From positions 190,832-222,831 of the forward strand of contig NZ_JBFAKN010000002.1 of the NCBI RefSeq assembly GCF_040655775.1: a stretch of DNA of 32,000 bases, given 5' to 3'. This stretch comes from Streptomyces sp. NPDC050315 (GTDB lineage: Bacteria; Actinomycetota; Actinomycetes; Streptomycetales; Streptomycetaceae). The notes under the pieces are model-generated. The model searched no databases, had not been told where the DNA came from, and was given only the letters and a program-made list of their open reading frames with translations. The stretch's first letter is position 1. Each line of letters starts with the position of its first letter. Shown here piece by piece: positions 1 through 5,603 of this stretch. The position numbers and the translations under genes are program-made.

Positions 1-142
1 CCTCGCTCCGGACGGCGTCCTGCTGCGCAGAGCCTCGCACGGCGGCGGGGGTTTGTCAGGCGAGTGCGGGAGCGGTCGGCGGCGCGGCGGTCATCTGATC
101 GCAACCTGTGAGGGGTGTTGCGGGAGGGGCTCCTGCGCCAGA

Positions 143-193
143 ATCTACGCGCGTCGTTCACCCGAACGTGACGTCCATCTACGCGCGTTGTTC
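143..193 (+). promoter_or_regulatory. Two 17-nt direct repeats (ATCTACGCGCGTYGTTC) centred on the palindrome ACGCGCGT, upstream of the nucleotidase gene
   Basis: Copies at 143-159 and 177-193 are 16/17 identical. GTTCACCCGAA (156-166) matches the Streptomyces PhoP direct-repeat unit G(G/T)TCAYYYR(G/C)G at 9/11 positions. Confidence 0.35.
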
Positions 194-253
194 CGCTGTA
201 CGTCCAGTCGTACGCCAACGGTCCGCAGGGATGCGGACGGTCAAGGAGAGGTC

Positions 254-2047
254 ATGCCGCTCGATCGCAGAACGTTTGTGGGAAGTTCCGTCGCCGCCGG
301 TGCCGGGGTGGCGCTGACGAGCGCAAGTGCGCCGGCCGCCGCGGTGCCCACGGGGCACGGCGGCGGCAAGCGGTACGCGTTCACCGTCATGGGCACCACC
401 GACCTGCACGGCAATGTCTTCAACTGGGATTACGCGACGGACGCGGAATTCGACGACGCGGCCCACAACGACGTCGGCCTGGCGAAGATTTCGACCCTGG
501 TGAATGAGGTACGCGCCGAAAAGGGACGCGGCAACACCCTTCTCATCGACGCGGGCGACACCATCCAGGGCACGCAACTGGCGTACTACTACGCAAAGGT
601 GGACCCGATCACCGGCGCGAACGGCCCGGTGCACCCGATGGCCCGGGCGATGAACGCCATTGGTTACGACGCCGCGGCGCTCGGCAATCACGAGTTCAAT
701 TACGGCATTCCGGTGCTGCGCAAGTTCGAGGAGAACTGCGACTTCCCGCTGCTGGGCGCGAACGCGGTGGACGCCAAGACGCTGCGCCCGGCGTTCCCTC
801 CGTATGTCATCAAGCGGCTGCGCACGCCGCAGGGGCGGGACGTCCGGGTCGGCATTCTGGGGCTGACGAATCCCGGTATCGCGATCTGGGACAAGGCGCA
901 CGTGCAGGGGAAGATGGCGTTTCCCGGTCTGGAGGAGCAGGCCGCGAAGTGGGTTCCGCGGTTGCGGGCGCTGGGTGCGGACGTGGTGATCGTGGCCGCG
1001 CATTCCGGGTCGAGCGGCACGTCCTCGTACGGGGATCAGCTGCCGTACGTGGAGAATGCGGCGGCGTTGGTGGCGCAGCAGGTGCCGGGCATCGACGCGA
1101 TTCTGGTGGGGCACGCGCATACGGAGATTGCGGAATACCGGGTGAAGAATGAGCGGACGGGCCGTGAGGTGGTGCTGTCGGAGCCTTTGAAGTGGGGGCA
1201 GCGGCTGACGTTGTTCGACATCGAGATGGCGTGGGAAAAGGGTCGTTGGTCGGTGGATTCGGTGTCGGCGCGGGTGCTGAACTCGAATGCGGCGGCGGAG
1301 GATGCGCGTATTTCGGGGCTGCTGCGTGATGCCCACGCGAAGGTGGTGCGTTATGTGAACCAGGTGATCGGGCGGTCGACGGCGCGGCTGTCCGCGGCGG
1401 AGGCTCCGTACAAGGACACTCCGGTGCTGGATTTCATCGCGTTCGTGCAGGCGGAGGTGGTGCGGAAGGCGCTGGCCGGGGGCGCGTACGCGGAGCTGCC
1501 GGTGGTGTCGCAGGCGTCGTGTTTCTCGCGTACGGCGGCGGTGCCGGCGGGGGATGTGACGATCCGGTCGATGGCGGCGCTGTATCCGTTCGACAATACG
1601 CTGGAGGCGCGAGTGTTGACCGGCGCGCAGCTGAAGGATTACTTGGAGTTCTCGGCGCGGTATTACGTGCGGACGCCGGCGGGTGGCGAGGTGGATCCGT
1701 CGAAGCTGACGAATGCGGATGGCATTCCGGATTACAACTATGACGCGGTGAGCGGCGTTTCGTACGAGATCGACATTGCGAAGCCGGCGGGGCAGCGGAT
1801 CGGGAAGCTGGTGCGGGACGGGAAGCCGGTGGATCCGGCGGCCCGTTTCGTGTTGGCGGTGAACAATTATCGGGCGAGCGGTGGGGGGAATTTTCCGCAT
1901 GTGGCGAAGGCGGAGCAGGTGTGGGTGACGTCGGACGAGATCCGGAATCTGATCATTGAGTGGGTGAAGCAGTCGGGCTCGATCGACGCGTCGCGTTTTG
2001 CGTCAGTGGACTGGAAGCTGACGCGGGACGGAGTTCCGGTCTTCTGA
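254..2047 (+). CDS. Tat-exported bifunctional metallophosphatase/5'-nucleotidase (CpdB/UshA-like 2',3'-cyclic-nucleotide phosphodiesterase / nucleotidase)
   Basis: ATG at 254 is preceded by AAGGAGAG (243-250). The N-terminus MPLDRRTFVGSSVAAGAGVALTSASAPAAA is a twin-arginine signal. Calcineurin-like phosphoesterase motifs are present (TTDLHGN, DAGDTIQG, GNHEFNYG, GHAH), followed by a C-terminal nucleotidase-type domain. The track start at 53 is an upstream extension without an RBS. Confidence 0.85.
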   Translation: MPLDRRTFVGSSVAAGAGVALTSASAPAAAVPTGHGGGKRYAFTVMGTTDLHGNVFNWDYATDAEFDDAAHNDVGLAKISTLVNEVRAEKGRGNTLLIDAGDTIQGTQLAYYYAKVDPITGANGPVHPMARAMNAIGYDAAALGNHEFNYGIPVLRKFEENCDFPLLGANAVDAKTLRPAFPPYVIKRLRTPQGRDVRVGILGLTNPGIAIWDKAHVQGKMAFPGLEEQAAKWVPRLRALGADVVIVAAHSGSSGTSSYGDQLPYVENAAALVAQQVPGIDAILVGHAHTEIAEYRVKNERTGREVVLSEPLKWGQRLTLFDIEMAWEKGRWSVDSVSARVLNSNAAAEDARISGLLRDAHAKVVRYVNQVIGRSTARLSAAEAPYKDTPVLDFIAFVQAEVVRKALAGGAYAELPVVSQASCFSRTAAVPAGDVTIRSMAALYPFDNTLEARVLTGAQLKDYLEFSARYYVRTPAGGEVDPSKLTNADGIPDYNYDAVSGVSYEIDIAKPAGQRIGKLVRDGKPVDPAARFVLAVNNYRASGGGNFPHVAKAEQVWVTSDEIRNLIIEWVKQSGSIDASRFASVDWKLTRDGVPVF

Positions 2048-3463
2048 CGGGCGTGTGGCGGCGGGCGGCTGGGGCTGGAGCCGCCGCCCGCCGGGGGCCT
2101 GCTGGTGGCCCGGTTGCGGTGTCAGGCCGAAGGTGGTGAAGGCGGTGCGGTCGGGGAGGGGGTAGGGCGTGGTGCCGGTGAGGTGGTTGAGGATGACGGC
2201 ACTGCGCCAGGCGGCGAGGCCGAGGTCGGGGGCGCCGACGCCGTGGGTGTGGCGTTCGGCGTTCTGTACGTAGACGGAGCCGGTCACGCGGGTGTCGAGG
2301 TGCAGTCGGTGGTGGGCGTCGATGCGGGGGCGGCCGGCGGTGTCGCGGCGGAGGTAGGGGTCGAGGGCGCCGGTGAGGGCGTCGAGGCTGCGTTCACGGT
2401 AGCCGGTGGCGAGGACGACGGCGTCGGTGCTGAGCCGGCTGCGGGTGTGCTGGTGGGCGTGTTCCAGGTGGAGTTCGATGGTGTGGGTGCCGATGCGGCC
2501 CGCGGTGCGGACGGTGACTCCTGGGGTGAGGACGGCATCGGGCCAGCCGCCGTCGATGGTGCGTTCGTACAGCTCTTGGTGGATGGCGGCGATGGTGTCG
2601 TGGTCGATGCCTTTGTAGAGCTGCCATTGCTGGGGGACGAGCGTGTCGCGGGTGGCTTCGGGGAGGCCGTGGAAGTAGCGGGTGTGGTCGGGGGTGAATT
2701 GTTCGAGGCCGAGCTTGCTGTACTCCATGGGCGCGAAGGCGGGCGTGCGCGCCAGCCAGTGCAACCGTTCGTGACCTGTGGGGCGGTTGCGGAGCAGGTC
2801 GAGGAAGATCTCGGCGCCGGACTGGCCGGAGCCGATGACGGTGATGTGGTCGGCGGCGAGCAGGCGTTGGCGGTGGTCGAGGTAGTCGGCGGAGTGGATG
2901 ACGGGGAGGGTGGGGGCGTCGGCGAGGGGCTGGAGCGGCTCGGGGACGTGGGGCGCGGTGCCGATGCCGAGGACGACGTTGCGGGCGTATGTCCTGCCGA
3001 GTGCTTCGGCCTCGCCCTCGGCGTCGAGCTGGGTGTGGTCGACCTCGAAGACGGCGTGTTCGGCGTTCCAGCGGAGGCCGTCGATCTGGTGGCGGAAGTG
3101 CAGGCCGGGGAGGTTTTCGCTGACCCAGCGGCAGTACGCGTCGTACTCGGCGCGGGGGGCGTGGAAGCGTTCGGCGAAGTAGAAGGGGTAGAGCCGGTCG
3201 CGGTGCCTGAGGTAGTTCAGGAAGCTCCAGGGGCTGGTGGGGTCGGCGAGGGTGACGAGGTCGGCGAGGAAGGGGACTTGGAGGGTGGCGCCGTCGATCA
3301 TGAGGCCGGGGTGCCAGTGGAAGGCGGGCCGTTGGTCGTAGAAGGCGCAGGTCAGGTCGGTGAGCGGCGAGGCGAGGGCGGCGAGTGAGAGGTTGAAGGG
3401 GCCGATGCCGACGCCGACGAGGTCGAGGGGGGTGCGGGGGTCGGGGGTGGGGGCGGTGGTCAT
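2003..3463 (-). CDS. N-hydroxylating flavin monooxygenase, lysine/ornithine/diamine N-hydroxylase family (IucD/DesB/AlcA-like)
   Basis: N-terminus MTTAPTPDPRTPLDLVGVGIGPFNLSLAA (FAD site) and ITVIGSGQSGAEIF (NADPH site). The ATG at 3461-3463 overlaps the stop of the upstream decarboxylase (ATGA at 3460-3463). The first 270 aa of the 756-aa track ORF overlap the decarboxylase gene in another frame and are rejected. Confidence 0.85.
   Translation of the reverse strand: MTTAPTPDPRTPLDLVGVGIGPFNLSLAALASPLTDLTCAFYDQRPAFHWHPGLMIDGATLQVPFLADLVTLADPTSPWSFLNYLRHRDRLYPFYFAERFHAPRAEYDAYCRWVSENLPGLHFRHQIDGLRWNAEHAVFEVDHTQLDAEGEAEALGRTYARNVVLGIGTAPHVPEPLQPLADAPTLPVIHSADYLDHRQRLLAADHITVIGSGQSGAEIFLDLLRNRPTGHERLHWLARTPAFAPMEYSKLGLEQFTPDHTRYFHGLPEATRDTLVPQQWQLYKGIDHDTIAAIHQELYERTIDGGWPDAVLTPGVTVRTAGRIGTHTIELHLEHAHQHTRSRLSTDAVVLATGYRERSLDALTGALDPYLRRDTAGRPRIDAHHRLHLDTRVTGSVYVQNAERHTHGVGAPDLGLAAWRSAVILNHLTGTTPYPLPDRTAFTTFGLTPQPGHQQAPGGRRLQPQPPAATRPSEDRNSVPRQLPVH
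2057..2092. terminator. GC-rich hairpin between/over convergent gene ends (nucleotidase vs N-hydroxylase)
   Basis: GGCGGCGGGCGGCT-loop-AGCCGCCGCCCGCC begins 10 nt after the nucleotidase stop (2045-2047). The inner 7 bp are perfect, the outer part has a 1-2 nt bulge, and there is no U-tract. It lies inside the non-conserved C-terminal tail of the N-hydroxylase ORF. Confidence 0.4.
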
Positions 3464-5376
3464 CGGGGGGTGTGGCCTTCCACTAGGTCGATGAGGGCGC
3501 GCAGGTCGTCGGGGTGCGCGTGGGGGTTGAGGAGGGTGGCCTTCAGCCAGAGGCCGGTGGGGGTGGTGGCGCGGCCCAGTACGGCGCGGCCGTCGTGCAG
3601 GAGGCGGCGGCGGATGGTGGCGACGGTGGTGTCGTCGGCGCCGGTGGGGCGGAAGAGGACAGTGGTGAGGGTGGGGCGTGAGTGCAGTTCGAGGGTGGGG
3701 CGTGCCTCGATGAGGTCGGCGAGGGTGCGGGCGGCGGTGACGGTGCGGTCGACGAGGTCGGCGATGCCGCGGCGGCCGAGTGCTTTGAGGGTGACGGCGA
3801 TCTTGAGGATGTCGGGGCGGCGGGTGGTGCGCAGCGAACGGCCGAGCAGGTCGGGGAGGCCGGCTTCGGTGTCGTCGTCGGCGTTGAGGTAGTCCGCGCG
3901 GTGGTCGAGGGGGGTGAGGTCGCGGGCGTCGGGGACGGCGAGGAATCCGGCGGCGACCGGCTGCCAGCCGAGTTTGTGCAGGTCGAGGGTGACGGTGTGG
4001 GCGCGGTGCAGGCCGGTGAGCAGGTGCCGGTGGGTGTCGCTGAAGAGGACCGGTCCGCCGTACGCGGCGTCGATGTGGAACCGGGCGCCGTGTGCGGCGG
4101 CGACGTCGGCGAGGGCGGGCAGCGGGTCGATCGCACCGGAGTCGGTGGTGCCGGCGGTGGCGACGACGAGGAGGGGTCCGGTCAGGCGGTCGAGCGCCGC
4201 CGCCAGGTCGCCGGGGTCGAGCGTGCCGTCGGGCGTGGGAACGGTGACGGGCGCGGGCAGTCCGAGCAGCCATGCCGCCCGGTGGATGCTGTGGTGCGCG
4301 TTGGCTCCGCAGACGACTTGCAGGGGCGGCCCGGTGGGTGCGGTGGGGCCGGGCTGTGACGGGTGTGGGGTGTGTGGGTGAGCGGCGAGGTGCGGGTGGG
4401 CGCCGTTGTGCGGGCGGGCGGGGTGCTCGGGGCCGTGGCCGGTCCGGTCACCGACGCGATGCCCGTCCGTGTGCGCACCGCCCGGACCCGAACCACCCGG
4501 TCCCGAGCCGTGCGCCAGGCCTTGGCAGGGACCGTACGGGGGCGAGTACGGAGCTGTGTACGAGGGCGTGTACGCGGCCGCTCCCTGTGAAGCGGGGGTG
4601 CGGTGCTCGCGGGCGGCGCGCTCCGGGTCGGCCTCCTGCCCCCATACGGAGTGGCCCTGAGCCGTGTACTCCTGGGCCGCTCGCTCCCTGGCCAGCAGTA
4701 CGGCGAGTTGGTTCGACTCGGTACCGCCCGTGGTCACCAGGGCTTCGGCGTCGGGCCCCTGCGGGTGCACGAGCTCGGCGAGGGCGCGGGTGGTCAGGGC
4801 TTCCAGCTCGGACGCGGCGGGGGCCTGGTCCCAGGAGTCCATGGAGGGGTTGAGGGCCGAGGCGGCGAGGTCGGCGGCGGTGGCGAGGGCGAGCGGCGGG
4901 CAGTGCAGGTGCGCGGCGCAGTGCGGGTCGGCGGGGTCGGCGGCCCCGGCGGCGAGCGTACGGACGACCGCGCGCAGGGCGGCGTGCGGTCCGGCGCCGG
5001 TGTCCTGGAGGAGCGGCGCGCACGCCTCGCGCACGGCGTCCGCGACGCTCTCGGGGCCGCCTGTCGGCAGCGGTCCGCCGCGCTCGGCGGCCCCGGTGGC
5101 CAGGGCGTCGAGCACGGTGTCCAGCAGCGGCCGCAGCGCCTTGGCCCCTTGCGGGCCGCCGGCCAACTCGGGGGTGGCGGGGGCGTCAGTAGCGGGTGTG
5201 TCGGGGAGCGTAAGCGGAGGGGGCTGAGCGGGGACCGGTACGGGGGCCGGCTCCGGGGGCAGAACGGGTTCGCGGGCCTTTGCGGGACTTGTGGGACTGG
5301 GAGAGCTCGCGGGACTTGAGGGGCTTGCGGGGGTGCGATCGCCTGGGGCCGGGGCGCCTGGGGCGGGCACAGGCAT
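3460..5376 (-). CDS. Group II PLP-dependent decarboxylase (DesA / lysine or 2,4-diaminobutyrate decarboxylase-like) with a Pro/Ala-rich N-terminus and a ~115-aa internal insertion
   Basis: Motifs VTTGGTESNQLAVLLARE, VVCGANAHHSIHRAAWLLGL and TLDLHKLGWQP (His-Lys PLP motif). GAAGGG lies ~8 nt upstream of ATG 5376. The start is less certain than the stop because the first ~75 aa are low complexity. Confidence 0.8.
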   Translation of the reverse strand: MPVPAPGAPAPGDRTPASPSSPASSPSPTSPAKAREPVLPPEPAPVPVPAQPPPLTLPDTPATDAPATPELAGGPQGAKALRPLLDTVLDALATGAAERGGPLPTGGPESVADAVREACAPLLQDTGAGPHAALRAVVRTLAAGAADPADPHCAAHLHCPPLALATAADLAASALNPSMDSWDQAPAASELEALTTRALAELVHPQGPDAEALVTTGGTESNQLAVLLARERAAQEYTAQGHSVWGQEADPERAAREHRTPASQGAAAYTPSYTAPYSPPYGPCQGLAHGSGPGGSGPGGAHTDGHRVGDRTGHGPEHPARPHNGAHPHLAAHPHTPHPSQPGPTAPTGPPLQVVCGANAHHSIHRAAWLLGLPAPVTVPTPDGTLDPGDLAAALDRLTGPLLVVATAGTTDSGAIDPLPALADVAAAHGARFHIDAAYGGPVLFSDTHRHLLTGLHRAHTVTLDLHKLGWQPVAAGFLAVPDARDLTPLDHRADYLNADDDTEAGLPDLLGRSLRTTRRPDILKIAVTLKALGRRGIADLVDRTVTAARTLADLIEARPTLELHSRPTLTTVLFRPTGADDTTVATIRRRLLHDGRAVLGRATTPTGLWLKATLLNPHAHPDDLRALIDLVEGHTPR

Positions 5377-5404
5377 GGATGTGCCCTTCTTGTCGGGGAA
5401 TCGA

Positions 5405-5423
5405 TTGGTTTAGGGCGACCTAA
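5405..5423. promoter_or_regulatory. Candidate IdeR/DmdR iron box upstream of the decarboxylase/N-hydroxylase pair
   Basis: TTGGTTTAGGGCGACCTAA matches the consensus TTAGGTTAGGCTAACCTAA at 14/19 positions by hand alignment. The TTAGG...CCTAA inverted arms are conserved. The site lies 29-47 nt upstream of ATG 5376. Confidence 0.5.
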
Positions 5424-5603
5424 GTTACTTCCGGTGTCGAGTACTTCGCCGAGATGCGGGTGGAGTCCACTCGCACGAGGGACACGCGTAAGGGTTGCGG
5501 CGAACGGATCTGGTATGGGCCCCGCCCCACACCGTCCGCCGCCACTCCCGCACCCCGGCAAAGCACTCAAGGTGCCCTGAGGGCCCTGGACTTCCCCCCT
5601 GTC

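Noticed and set aside
179-1900. 573-aa minus-strand Arg/His/Pro-rich ORF opposite the nucleotidase, plus similar shadows at 2105-3388 (+), 3682-4359 (+), 4448-5570 (-), 10165-11346 (+), 11295-12545 (+), 12280-15129 (+), 15081-15857 (+), 16422-18175 (+), 18520-19287 (+), 19664-21773 (+), 24746-26224 (-), 24847-26418 (+), 27166-28836 (-) and 30752-31758 (both strands)
   Set aside because: All overlap motif-bearing genes in other frames or on the other strand. They have extreme Arg/Pro/Gly/Ala composition typical of stop-codon-poor GC-rich DNA, and none has RBS or motif support.
3464-4273. Long N-terminal extensions in the ORF track: 756-aa hydroxylase, 660-aa MFS (to 10840), 1185-aa GH101 (to 30053), 693-aa HExxH protein (from 29648), 351-aa SDR, 211-aa cupin, 368-aa AspDH and 534-aa MFS
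   Set aside because: Each extension overlaps the neighbouring motif-bearing gene in another frame and is Arg/Pro-rich. Internal starts with SD sequences or ATGA/TGATG coupling give proteins of family-typical length.
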